The position numbers were made by a program, and so were the translations under genes. From the NCBI RefSeq assembly GCF_009914755.1, contig NC_060940.1: a stretch of 64,000 bases of DNA; one strand, 5' to 3'. Positions 28,501-42,357 of the stretch are shown here, piece after piece. The stretch is from the human T2T-CHM13v2.0 reference genome, Homo sapiens. How positions within the stretch are numbered: position 1 is the first letter of the stretch; the number at the start of each line of letters is the position of its first letter. A model generated the notes under the pieces. That model was given only the letters and a program-made list of their open reading frames with translations. It was not told where the DNA came from and ran no database searches.

Positions 28501-31500
28501 GCAACTCACAGAGTTCAACCTTCCTTTAGACAGAGCAGATTTGAAACACTCTTTTTGTGGAATTTGCAAGTGGAGATTTCAAGCGCTTCGATGCCAATGG
28601 TAGAAAAGGAAATATCTTCGTATAAAAACAAGACAAACTCGTTCCCAGACACTGCGTAGTGATGTGTGTGTTTAACTCACAGAGTTTCACCTTTCTTTTC
28701 ATACAGCATTCTGGAAACCGTGTGTTTGTAAAGTCTGCAAGTGGATATTTGGACCTCTTAGATGCCTTCGTTGGAAACGGGATTTCTTCATATAATGCTA
28801 GAGGGAAGAATTCTTAGTAACTTCTTTGTGTTGTGTGTATTCAACTGACAGAGTTGAACCTTCCTTTAGACAGAGCAGATTTGAAAGTCTCTTTTTGTGG
28901 AATTTGCAAGTGGAGATTTCAAGCGCTTTGAGGCCGAAAGCAGAAAAGGAAATATTTTCCTATAAAAACTCGACAGAATCTTTCTCAGAAACTGCTCTGG
29001 GATGTGTGCGTTCAACTCACAGAGTTTAACTTTTCTTTTCATTCAGCAGTTTGGAAACACTCTGTTTGGAAAGTCTGCACGTGGATATTTTGACCTCTTT
29101 GAGGCCTTCGTTGGAAACGGGTTTTTTTCATGTAAGGCTAGACAGAAGAAATCTCAGTAACTTCCTTGTGTTGTGTGTATTCAACTGACAGAGTTGAACC
29201 TTCCTTTAGACAGAGCAGATTCGAAACACTCTTTTTCTGCAATTTGCAAGTGGAGACTTCAAGCGCTTTGAGGCCAAAGGCAGAAAAGGAAATATCTTCG
29301 TATAAAAACCCGACAGAATCATTCTCAGAAACTGCTCTGTGATGTGTGCGTTCAACTCACAGAGTTTAACTTTTCTTTTCATTCAGCAGTTTGGAAACAC
29401 TCTGTTTGTAAAGTCTGCAAGTGGATATCTTGGCCTCTTAGAGGCCTTCGTTGGAAACGGGTTTTATCATGTAAGGTTAGACAGAGGAATTCCCAGTAAC
29501 TTCCTTGTGTTGTGTGCATTCAACTCACAGAGTTGAATGATTCTTTACACAGAGCAGATTTGAGACACTCTTTTGGTGGAATTTGTAAGTGGAGAATTCA
29601 GCCGCTTTGAGGTCAACGGTAGAAAAGGAAATATCTTCGTATAAAAACTAGACAGAATGATTCTCAGAAACTGTTTTGTGATGTGTGCTTTCAACTCACA
29701 GAGTTTAACCTTTCTTTTCAAAGAGCAGTTAGGAAACACTCTGTTTGTAAAGTCTGCAAGTGGATATTCAGACCTCTTTGAGGCCTTCGTTGGAAACGGG
29801 ATTTCTTCATATTATGCTAGACAGATGAATTCTCAGTAACTTCCTTGTGTTGTGTGTATTCAACTCACAGAGTTGAACGATCCTTTACACAGAGCAGATT
29901 TGAAACACTGTTTTTCTGGAATTTGCAAGTGGAGATTTCAGCCGCTTTGAGGTCAATGGTAGAAAAGGAAATATCTTCGTATAAAAACTAGACAGAATGA
30001 TTCTCAGAAACTCCTTTGTGATGTGTGCGTTCAACTCACAGAGTTTAACCTTTCTTTTCACAGAGCAGTTAGGAAACACTCTGTTTGTGAAGCCTGCCAG
30101 TGGATATTCGGACCTCTTTGAGGCCTTCGTTGGAAACGGGATTTCTTCATATTATGCTAGACAGAAGATTTCTCAGTAACTTCTTTGTGTTGTGTGTATG
30201 CAACTCACAGAGTTCAACCTTCCTTTAGACAGAGCAGATTTGAAACACTCTTTTTGTGGAATTTGCAAGTGGAGATTTCAAGCGCTTCGATGCCAATGGT
30301 AGAAAAGGAAATATCTTCGTATAAAAACAAGACAAACTCGTTCCCAGACACTGCGTAGTGATGTGTGTGTTTAACTCACAGAGTTTCACCTTTCTTTTCA
30401 TACAGCATTCTGGAAACCCTGTGTTTGTAAAGTCTGCAAGTGGATATTTGGACCTCTTAGATGCCTTCGTTGGAAACGGGATTTCTTCATATAATGCTAG
30501 AGGGAAGAATTCTTAGTAACTTCTTTGTGTTGTGTGTATTCAACTGACAGAGTTGAACCTTCCTTTAGACAGAGCAGATTTGAAAGTCTCTTTTTGTGGA
30601 ATTTGCAAGTGGAGATTTCAAGCGCTTTGAGGCCAAAAGCAGAAAAGGAAATATTTTCCTATAAAAACTCGACAGAATCTTTCTCAGAAACTGCTCTGGG
30701 ATGTGTGCGTTCAACTCACAGAGTTTAACTTTTCTTTTCATTCAGCAGTTTGGAAACACTCTGTTTGGAAAGTCTGCACGTGGATATTTTGACCTCTTTG
30801 AGGCCTTCGTTGGAAACGGGTTTTTTTCATGTAAGGCTAGACAGAAGAAATCTCAGTAACTTCCTTGTGTTGTGTGTATTCAACTGACAGAGTTGAACCT
30901 TCCTTTAGACAGAGCAGATTCGAAACACTCTTTTTCTGCAATTTGCAAGTGGAGACTTCAAGCGCTTTGAGGCCAAAGGCAGAAAAGGAAATATCTTCGT
31001 ATAAAAACCCGACAGAATCATTCTCAGAAACTGCTCTGTGATGTGTGCGTTCAACTCACAGAGTTTAACTTTTCTTTTCATTCAGCAGTTTGGAAACACT
31101 CTGTTTGTAAAGTCTGCAAGTGGATATCTTGGCCTCTTAGAGGCCTTCGTTGGAAACGGGTTTTTTCATGTAAGGTTAGACAGAGGAATTCCCAGTAACT
31201 TCCTTGTGTTGTGTGCATTCAACTCACAGAGTTGAATGATTCTTTACACAGAGCAGATTTGAGACACTCTTTGGGTGGAATTTGTAAGTGGAGAATTCAG
31301 CCGCTTTGAGGTCAACGGTAGAAAAGGAAATATCTTCGTATAAAAACTAGACAGAATGATTCTCAGAAACTGTTTTGTGATGTGTGCGTTCAACTCACAG
31401 AGTTTAACCTTTCTTTTCAAAGAGCAGTTAGGAAACACTCTGTTTGTAAAGTCTGCAAGTGGATATTCAGACCTCTTTGAGGCCTTCGTTGGAAACGGGG

Positions 31501-32503
31501 TTTCTTCATATTATGCTAGACAGATGAATTCTCAGTAACTTCCTTGTGTTGTGTGTATTCAACTCACAGAGTTGAACGATCCTTTACACAGAGCAGATTT
31601 GAAACACTGTTTTTCTGGAATTTGCAAGTGGAGATTTCAGCCGCTTTGAGGTCAATGGTAGAAAAGGAAATATCTTCGTATAAAAACTAGACAGAATGAT
31701 TCTCAGAAACTCCTTTGTGATGTGTGCGTTCAACTCACAGAGTTTAACCTTTCTTTTCACAGAGCAGTTAGGAAACACTCTGTTTGTGAAGCCTGCCAGT
31801 GGATATTCGGACCTCTTTGAGGCCTTCGTTGGAAACGGGATTTCTTCATATTATGCTAGACAAAAGATTTCTCAGTAACTTCTTTGTGTTGTGTATATGC
31901 AACTCACAGAGTTCAACCTTCCTTTAGACAGAGCAGATTTGAAACACTCTTTTTGTGGAATTTGCAAGTGGAGATTTCAAGCGCTTCGATGCCAATGGTA
32001 GAAAAGGAAATATCTTCGTATAAAAACAAGACAAACTCGTTCCCAGACACTGCGTAGTGATGTGTGTGTTTAACTCACAGAGTTTCACCTTTCTTTTCAT
32101 ACAGCATTCTGGAAACCCTCTGTTTGTAAAGTCTGCAAGTGGATATTTGGATCTCTTAGATGCCTTCGTTGGAAACGGGATTTCTTCATATAATGCTAGA
32201 GGGAAGAATTCTTAGTAACTTCTTTGTGTTGTGTGTATTCAACTGACAGAGTTGAACCTTCCTTTAGACAGAGCAGATTTGAAAGTCTCTTTTTGTGGAA
32301 TTTGCAAGTGGAGATTTCAAGCGCTTTGAGGCCAAAAGCAGAAAAGGAAATATTTTCCTATAAAAACTCGACAGAATCTTTCTCAGAAACTGCTCTGGGA
32401 TGTGTGCGTTCAACTCACAGAGTTTAACTTTTCTTTTCATTCAGCAGTTTGGAAACACTCTGTTTGGAAAGTCTGCACGTGGATATTTTGACCTCTTTGA
32501 GGC

Positions 32504-33862
32504 CTTCGTTGGAAACGGGTTTTTTTCATGTAAGGCTAGACAGAAGAAATCTCAGTAACTTCCTTGTGTTGTGTGTATTCAACTGACAGAGTTGAACCTT
32601 CCTTTAGACAGAGCAGATTCGAAACACTCTTTTTCTGCAATTTGCAAGTGGAGACTTCAAGCGCTTTGAGGCCAAAGGCAGAAAAGGAAATATCTTCGTA
32701 TAAAAACCCGACAGAATCATTCTCAGAAACTGCTCTGTGATGTGTGCGTTCAACTCACAGAGTTTAACTTTTCTTTTCATTCAGCAGTTTGGAAACACTC
32801 TGTTTGTAAAGTCTGCAAGTGGATATCTTGGCCTCTTAGAGGCCTTCGTTGGAAACGGGTTTTTTCATTTAAGGTTAGACAGAGGAATTCCCAGTAACTT
32901 CCTTGTGTTGTGTGCATTCAACTCACAGAGTTGAATGATTCTTTACACAGAGCAGATTTGAGACACTCTTTTGGTGGAATTTGTAAGTGGAGAATTCAGC
33001 CGCTTTGAGGTCAACGGTAGAAAAGGAAATATCTTCGTATAAAAACTAGACAGAATGATTCTCAGAAACTGTTTTGTGATGTGTGCTTTCAACTCACAGA
33101 GTTTAACCTTTCTTTTCAAAGAGCAGTTAGGAAACACTCTGTTTGTAAAGTCTGCAAGTGGATATTCAGACCTCTTTGAGGCCTTCGTTGGAAACGGGAT
33201 TTCTTCATATTATGCTAGACAGAAGATTTCTCAGTAACTTCTTTGTGTTGTGTGTATGCAACTCACAGAGTTCAACCTTCCTTTAGACAGAGCAGATTTG
33301 AAACACTCTTTTTGTGGAATTTGCAAGTGGAGATTTCAAGCGCTTCGATGCCAATGGTAGAAAAGGAAATATCTTCGTATAAAAACAAGACAAACTCGTT
33401 CCCAGACACTGCGTAGTGATGTGTGTGTTTAACTCACAGAGTTTCACCTTTCTTTTCATACAGCATTCTGGAAACCCTGTGTTTGTAAAGTCTGCAAGTG
33501 GATATTTGGACCTCTTAGATGCCTTCGTTGGAAACGGGATTTCTTCATATAATGCTAGAGGGAAGAATTCTTAGTAACTTCTTTGTGTTGTGTGTATTCA
33601 ACTGACAGAGTTGAACCTTCCTTTAGACAGAGCAGATTTGAAAGTCTCTTTTTGTGGAATTTGCAAGTGGAGATTTCAAGCGCTTTGAGGCCAAAAGCAG
33701 AAAAGGAAATATTTTCCTATAAAAACTCGACAGAATCTTTCTCAGAAACTGCTCTGGGATGTGTGCGTTCAACTCACAGAGTTTAACTTTTCTTTTCATT
33801 CAGCAGTTTGGAAACACTCTGTTTGGAAAGTCTGCACGTGGATATTTTGACCTCTTTGAGGC
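32504..33862 (+). repeat. 8-mer HOR structural variant (1359 bp; D3/D4 fused, one dimer lost)
   Basis: The ORF step 32737 to 34096 is 1359 = 1699-340. D3 sequence (TTCAAAGAG, GTAAAGTCTGCAAG, ATTCAGA) runs directly into D4 sequence (AGAAGATTTCTC, GTATGCAA). Confidence 0.95.
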
Positions 33863-36800
33863 CTTCGTTGGAAACGGGTTTTTTTCATGTAAGGCTAGAC
33901 AGAAGAAATCTCAGTAACTTCCTTGTGTTGTGTGTATTCAACTGACAGAGTTGAACCTTCCTTTAGACAGAGCAGATTCGAAACACTCTTTTTCTGCAAT
34001 TTGCAAGTGGAGACTTCAAGCGCTTTGAGGCCAAAGGCAGAAAAGGAAATATCTTCGTATAAAAACCCGACAGAATCATTCTCAGAAACTGCTCTGTGAT
34101 GTGTGCGTTCAACTCACAGAGTTTAACTTTTCTTTTCATTCAGCAGTTTGGAAACACTCTGTTTGTAAAGTCTGCAAGTGGATATCTTGGCCTCTTAGAG
34201 GCCTTCGTTGGAAACGGGTTTTTTCATGTAAGGTTAGACAGAGGAATTCCCAGTAACTTCCTTGTGTTGTGTGCATTCAACTCACAGAGTTGAATGATTC
34301 TTTACACAGAGCAGATTTGAGACACTCTTTTGGTGGAATTTGTAAGTGGAGAATTCAGCCGCTTTGAGGTCAACGGTAGAAAAGGAAATATCTTCGTATA
34401 AAAACTAGACAGAATGATTCTCAGAAACTGTTTTGTGATGTGTGCGTTCAACTCACAGAGTTTAACCTTTCTTTTCAAAGAGCAGTTAGGAAACACTCTG
34501 TTTGTAAAGTCTGCAAGTGGATATTCAGACCTCTTTGAGGCCTTCGTTGGAAACGGGATTTCTTCATATTATGCTAGACAGATGAATTCTCAGTAACTTC
34601 CTTGTGTTGTGTGTATTCAACTCACAGAGTTGAACGATCCTTTACACAGAGCAGATTTGAAACACTGTTTTTCTGGAATTTGCAAGTGGAGATTTCAGCC
34701 GCTTTGAGGTCAATGGTAGAAAAGGAAATATCTTCGTATAAAAACTAGACAGAATGATTCTCAGAAACTCCTTTGTGATGTGTGCGTTCAACTCACAGAG
34801 TTTAACCTTTCTTTTCACAGAGCAGTTAGGAAACACTCTGTTTGTGAAGCCTGCCAGTGGATATTCGGACCTCTTTGAGGCCTTCGTTGGAAACGGGATT
34901 TCTTCATATTATGCTAGACAGAAGATTTCTCAGTAACTTCTTTGTGTTGTGTGTATGCAACTCACAGAGTTCAACCTTCCTTTAGACAGAGCAGATTTGA
35001 AACACTCTTTTTGTGGAATTTGCAAGTGGAGATTTCAAGCGCTTCGATGCCAATGGTAGAAAAGGAAATATCTTCGTATAAAAACAAGACAAACTCGTTC
35101 CCAGACACTGCGTAGTGATGTGTGTGTTTAACTCACAGAGTTTCACCTTTCTTTTCATACAGCATTCTGGAAACCGTGTGTTTGTAAAGTCTGCAAGTGG
35201 ATATTTGGACCTCTTAGATGCCTTCGTTGGAAACGGGATTTCTTCATATAATGCTAGAGGGAAGAATTCTTAGTAACTTCTTTGTGTTGTGTGTATTCAA
35301 CTGACAGAGTTGAACCTTCCTTTAGACAGAGCAGATTTGAAAGTCTCTTTTTGTGGAATTTGCAAGTGGAGATTTCAAGCGCTTTGAGGCCGAAAGCAGA
35401 AAAGGAAATATTTTCCTATAAAAACTCGACAGAATCTTTCTCAGAAACTGCTCTGGGATGTGTGCGTTCAACTCACAGAGTTTAACTTTTCTTTTCATTC
35501 AGCAGTTTGGAAACACTCTGTTTGGAAAGTCTGCACGTGGATATTTTGATCTCTTTGAGGCCTTCGTTGGAAACGGGTTTTTTTCATGTAAGGCTAGACA
35601 GAAGAAATCTCAGTAACTTCCTTGTGTTGTGTGTATTCAACTGACAGAGTTGAACCTTCCTTTAGACAGAGCAGATTCGAAACACTCTGTTTCTGCAATT
35701 TGCAAGTGGAGACTTCAAGCGCTTTGAGGCCAAAGGCAGAAAAGGAAATATCTTCGTATAAAAACCCGACAGAATCATTCTCAGAAACTGCTCTGTGATG
35801 TGTGCGTTCAACTCACAGAGTTTAACTTTTCTTTTCATTCAGCAGTTTGGAAACACTCTGTTTGTAAAGTCTGCAAGTGGATATCTTGGCCTCTTAGAGG
35901 CCTTCGTTGGAAACGGGTTTTTTCATGTAAGGTTAGACAGAGGAATTCCCAGTAACTTCCTTGTGTTGTGTGCATTCAACTCACAGAGTTGAATGATTCT
36001 TTACACAGAGCAGATTTGAGACACTCTTTTGGTGGAATTTGTAAGTGGAGAATTCAGCCGCTTTGAGGTCAACGGTAGAAAAGGAAATATCTTCGTATAA
36101 AAACTAGACAGAATGATTCTCAGAAACTGTTTTGTGATGTGTGCTTTCAACTCACAGAGTTTAACCTTTCTTTTCAAAGAGCAGTTAGGAAACACTCTGT
36201 TTGTAAAGTCTGCAAGTGGATATTCAGACCTCTTTGAGGCCTTCGTTGGAAACGGGATTTCTTCATATTATGCTAGACAGATGAATTCTCAGTAACTTCC
36301 TTGTGTTGTGTGTATTCAACTCACAGAGTTGAACGATCCTTTACACAGAGCAGATTTGAAACACTGTTTTTCTGGAATTTGCAAGTGGAGATTTCAGCCG
36401 CTTTGAGGTCAATGGTAGAAAAGGAAATATCTTCGTATAAAAACTAGACAGAATGATTCTCAGAAACTCCTTTGTGATGTGTGCGTTCAACTCACAGAGT
36501 TTAACCTTTCTTTTCACAGAGCAGTTAGGAAACACTCTGTTTGTGAAGCCTGCCAGTGGATATTCGGACCTCTTTGAGGCCTTCGTTGGAAACGGGATTT
36601 CTTCATATTATGCTAGACAGAAGATTTCTCAGTAACTTCTTTGTGTTGTGTGTATGCAACTCACAGAGTTCAACCTTCCTTTAGACAGAGCAGATTTGAA
36701 ACACTCTTTTTGTGGAATTTGCAAGTGGAGATTTCAAGCGCTTCGATGCCAATGGTAGAAAAGGAAATATCTTCGTATAAAAACAAGACAAACTCGTTCC

Positions 36801-39800
36801 CAGACACTGCGTAGTGATGTGTGTGTTTAACTCACAGAGTTTCACCTTTCTTTTCATACAGCATTCTGGAAACCCTGTGTTTGTAAAGTCTGCAAGTGGA
36901 TATTTGGACCTCTTAGATGCCTTCGTTGGAAACGGGATTTCTTCATATAATGCTAGAGGGAAGAATTCTTAGTAACTTCTTTGTGTTGTGTGTATTCAAC
37001 TGACAGAGTTGAACCTTCCTTTAGACAGAGCAGATTTGAAAGTCTCTTTTTGTGGAATTTGCAAGTGGAGATTTCAAGCGCTTTGAGGCCGAAAGCAGAA
37101 AAGGAAATATTTTCCTATAAAAACTCGACAGAATCTTTCTCAGAAACTGCTCTGGGATGTGTGCGTTCAACTCACAGAGTTTAACTTTTCTTTTCATTCA
37201 GCAGTTTGGAAACACTCTGTTTGGAAAGTCTGCACGTGGATATTTTGACCTCTTTGAGGCCTTCGTTGGAAACGGGTTTTTTTCATGTAAGGCTAGACAG
37301 AAGAAATCTCAGTAACTTCCTTGTGTTGTGTGTATTCAACTGACAGAGTTGAACCTTCCTTTAGACAGAGCAGATTCGAAACACTCTTTTTCTGCAATTT
37401 GCAAGTGGAGACTTCAAGCGCTTTGAGGCCAAAGGCAGAAAAGGAAATATCTTCGTATAAAAACCCGACAGAATCATTCTCAGAAACTGCTCTGTGATGT
37501 GTGCGTTCAACTCACAGAGTTTAACTTTTCTTTTCATTCAGCAGTTTGGAAACACTCTGTTTGTAAAGTCTGCAAGTGGATATCTTGGCCTCTTAGAGGC
37601 CTTCGTTGGAAACGGGTTTTTTCATGTAAGGTTAGACAGAGGAATTCCCAGTAACTTCCTTGTGTTGTGTGCATTCAACTCACAGAGTTGAATGATTCTT
37701 TACACAGAGCAGATTTGAGACACTCTTTTGGTGGAATTTGTAAGTGGAGAATTCAGCCGCTTTGAGGTCAACGGTAGAAAAGGAAATATCTTCGTATAAA
37801 AACTAGACAGAATGATTCTCAGAAACTGTTTTGTGATGTGTGCGTTCAACTCACAGAGTTTAACCTTTCTTTTCAAAGAGCAGTTAGGAAACACTCTGTT
37901 TGTAAAGTCTGCAAGTGGATATTCAGACCTCTTTGAGGCCTTCGTTGGAAACGGGATTTCTTCATATTATGCTAGACAGATGAATTCTCAGTAACTTCCT
38001 TGTGTTGTGTGTATTCAACTCACAGAGTTGAACGATCCTTTACACAGAGCAGATTTGAAACACTGTTTTTCTGGAATTTGCAAGTGGAGATTTCAGCCGC
38101 TTTGAGGTCAATGGTAGAAAAGGAAATATCTTCGTATAAAAACTAGACAGAATGATTCTCAGAAACTCCTTTGTGATGTGTGCGTTCAACTCACAGAGTT
38201 TAACCTTTCTTTTCACAGAGCAGTTAGGAAACACTCTGTTTGTGAAGCCTGCCAGTGGATATTCGGACCTCTTTGAGGCCTTCGTTGGAAACGGGATTTC
38301 TTCATATTATGCTAGACAGAAGATTTCTCAGTAACTTCTTTGTGTTGTGTGTATGCAACTCACAGAGTTCAACCTTCCTTTAGACAGAGCAGATTTGAAA
38401 CACTCTTTTTGTGGAATTTGCAAGTGGAGATTTCAAGCGCTTCGATGCCAATGGTAGAAAAGGAAATATCTTCGTATAAAAACAAGACAAACTCGTTCCC
38501 AGACACTGCGTAGTGATGTGTGTGTTTAACTCACAGAGTTTCACCTTTCTTTTCATACAGCATTCTGGAAACCGTGTGTTTGTAAAGTCTGCAAGTGGAT
38601 ATTTGGACCTCTTAGATGCCTTCGTTGGAAACGGGATTTCTTCATATAATGCTAGAGGGAAGAATTCTTAGTAACTTCTTTGTGTTGTGTGTATTCAACT
38701 GACAGAGTTGAACCTTCCTTTAGACAGAGCAGATTTGAAAGTCTCTTTTTGTGGAATTTGCAAGTGGAGATTTCAAGCGCTTTGAGGCCGAAAGCAGAAA
38801 AGGAAATATTTTCCTATAAAAACTCGACAGAATCTTTCTCAGAAACTGCTCTGGGATGTGTGCGTTCAACTCACAGAGTTTAACTTTTCTTTTCATTCAG
38901 CAGTTTGGAAACACTCTGTTTGGAAAGTCTGCACGTGGATATTTTGATCTCTTTGAGGCCTTCGTTGGAAACGGGTTTTTTTCATGTAAGGCTAGACAGA
39001 AGAAATCTCAGTAACTTCCTTGTGTTGTGTGTATTCAACTGACAGAGTTGAACCTTCCTTTAGACAGAGCAGATTCGAAACACTCTTTTTCTGCAATTTG
39101 CAAGTGGAGACTTCAAGCGCTTTGAGGCCAAAGGCAGAAAAGGAAATATCTTCGTATAAAAACCCGACAGAATCATTCTCAGAAACTGCTCTGTGATGTG
39201 TGCGTTCAACTCACAGAGTTTAACTTTTCTTTTCATTCAGCAGTTTGGAAACACTCTGTTTGTAAAGTCTGCAAGTGGATATCTTGGCCTCTTAGAGGCC
39301 TTCGTTGGAAACGGGTTTTTTCATGTAAGGTTAGACAGAGGAATTCCCAGTAACTTCCTTGTGTTGTGTGCATTCAACTCACAGAGTTGAATGATTCTTT
39401 ACACAGAGCAGATTTGAGACACTCTTTTGGTGGAATTTGTAAGTGGAGAATTCAGCCGCTTTGAGGTCAACGGTAGAAAAGGAAATATCTTCGTATAAAA
39501 ACTAGACAGAATGATTCTCAGAAACTGTTTTGTGATGTGTGCTTTCAACTCACAGAGTTTAACCTTTCTTTTCAAAGAGCAGTTAGGAAACACTCTGTTT
39601 GTAAAGTCTGCAAGTGGATATTCAGACCTCTTTGAGGCCTTCGTTGGAAACGGGATTTCTTCATATTATGCTAGACAGATGAATTCTCAGTAACTTCCTT
39701 GTGTTGTGTGTATTCAACTCACAGAGTTGAACGATCCTTTACACAGAGCAGATTTGAAACACTGTTTTTCTGGAATTTGCAAGTGGAGATTTCAGCCGCT

Positions 39801-42357
39801 TTGAGGTCAATGGTAGAAAAGGAAATATCTTCGTATAAAAACTAGACAGAATGATTCTCAGAAACTCCTTTGTGATGTGTGCGTTCAACTCACAGAGTTT
39901 AACCTTTCTTTTCACAGAGCAGTTAGGAAACACTCTGTTTGTGAAGCCTGCCAGTCGATATTCGGACCTCTTTGAGGCCTTCGTTGGAAACGGGATTTCT
40001 TCATATTATGCTAGACAGAAGATTTCTCAGTAACTTCTTTGTGTTGTGTGTATGCAACTCACAGAGTTCAACCTTCCTTTAGACAGAGCAGATTTGAAAC
40101 ACTCTTTTTGTGGAATTTGCAAGTGGAGATTTCAAGCGCTTCGATGCCAATGGTAGAAAAGGAAATATCTTCGTATAAAAACAAGACAAACTCGTTCCCA
40201 GACACTGCGTAGTGATGTGTGTGTTTAACTCACAGAGTTTCACCTTTCTTTTCATACAGCATTCTGGAAACCCTGTGTTTGTAAAGTCTGCAAGTGGATA
40301 TTTGGACCTCTTAGATGCCTTCGTTGGAAACGGGATTTCTTCATATAATGCTAGAGGGAAGAATTCTTAGTAACTTCTTTGTGTTGTGTGTATTCAACTG
40401 ACAGAGTTGAACCTTCCTTTAGACAGAGCAGATTTGAAAGTCTCTTTTTGTGGAATTTGCAAGTGGAGATTTCAAGCGCTTTGAGGCCAAAAGCAGAAAA
40501 GGAAATATTTTCCTATAAAAACTCGACAGAATCTTTCTCAGAAACTGCTCTGGGATGTGTGCGTTCAACTCACAGAGTTTAACTTTTCTTTTCATTCAGC
40601 AGTTTGGAAACACTCTGTTTGGAAAGTCTGCACGTGGATATTTTGACCTCTTTGAGGCCTTCGTTGGAAACGGGTTTTTTTCATGTAAGGCTAGACAGAA
40701 GAAATCTCAGTAACTTCCTTGTGTTGTGTGTATTCAACTGACAGAGTTGAACCTTCCTTTAGACAGAGCAGATTCGAAACACTCTTTTTCTGCAATTTGC
40801 AAGTGGAGACTTCAAGCGCTTTGAGGCCAAAGGCAGAAAAGGAAATATCTTCGTATAAAAACCCGACAGAATCATTCTCAGAAACTGCTCTGTGATGTGT
40901 GCGTTCAACTCACAGAGTTTAACTTTTCTTTTCATTCAGCAGTTTGGAAACACTCTGTTTGTAAAGTCTGCAAGTGGATATCTTGGCCTCTTAGAGGCCT
41001 TCGTTGGAAACGGGTTTTTTCATGTAAGGTTAGACAGAGGAATTCCCAGTAACTTCCTTGTGTTGTGTGCATTCAACTCACAGAGTTGAATGATTCTTTA
41101 CACAGAGCAGATTTGAGACACTCTTTTGGTGGAATTTGTAAGTGGAGAATTCAGCTGCTTTGAGGTCAACGGTAGAAAAGGAAATATCTTCGTATAAAAA
41201 CTAGACAGAATGATTCTCAGAAACTGTTTTGTGATGTGTGCGTTCAACTCACAGAGTTTAACCTTTCTTTTCAAAGAGCAGTTAGGAAACACTCTGTTTG
41301 TAAAGTCTGCAAGTGGATATTCAGACCTCTTTGAGGCCTTCGTTGGAAACGGGGTTTCTTCATATTATGCTAGACAGATGAATTCTCAGTAACTTCCTTG
41401 TGTTGTGTGTATTCAACTCACAGAGTTGAACGATCCTTTACACAGAGCAGATTTGAAACACTGTTTTTCTGGAATTTGCAAGTGGAGATTTCAGCCGCTT
41501 TGAGGTCAATGGTAGAAAAGGAAATATCTTCGTATAAAAACTAGACAGAATGATTCCCAGAAACTCCTTTGTGATGTGTGCGTTCAACTCACAGAGTTTA
41601 ACCTTTCTTTTCACAGAGCAGTTAGGAAACACTCTGTTTGTGAAGCCTGCCAGTGGATATTCGGACCTCTTTGAGGCCTTCGTTGGAAACGGGATTTCTT
41701 CATATTATGCTAGACAAAAGATTTCTCAGTAACTTCTTTGTGTTGTGTATATGCAACTCACAGAGTTCAACCTTCCTTTAGACAGAGCAGATTTGAAACA
41801 CTCTTTTTGTGGAATTTGCAAGTGGAGATTTCAAGCGCTTCGATGCCAATGGTAGAAAAGGAAATATCTTCGTATAAAAACAAGACAAACTCGTTCCCAG
41901 ACACTGCGTAGTGATGTGTGTGTTTAACTCACAGAGTTTCACCTTTCTTTTCATACAGCATTCTGGAAACCCTCTGTTTGTAAAGTCTGCAAGTGGATAT
42001 TTGGACCTCTTAGATGCCTTCGTTGGAAACGGGATTTCTTCATATAATGCTAGAGGGAAGAATTCTTAGTAACTTCTTTGTGTTGTGTGTATTCAACTGA
42101 CAGAGTTGAACCTTCCTTTAGACAGAGCAGATTTGAAAGTCTCTTTTTGTGGAATTTGCAAGTGGAGATTTCAAGCGCTTTGAGGCCAAAAGCAGAAAAG
42201 GAAATATTTTCCTATAAAAACTCGACAGAATCTTTCTCAGAAACTGCTCTGGGATGTGTGCGTTCAACTCACAGAGTTTAACTTTTCTTTTCATTCAGCA
42301 GTTTGGAAACACTCTGTTTGGAAAGTCTGCACGTGGATATTTTGACCTCTTTGAGGC

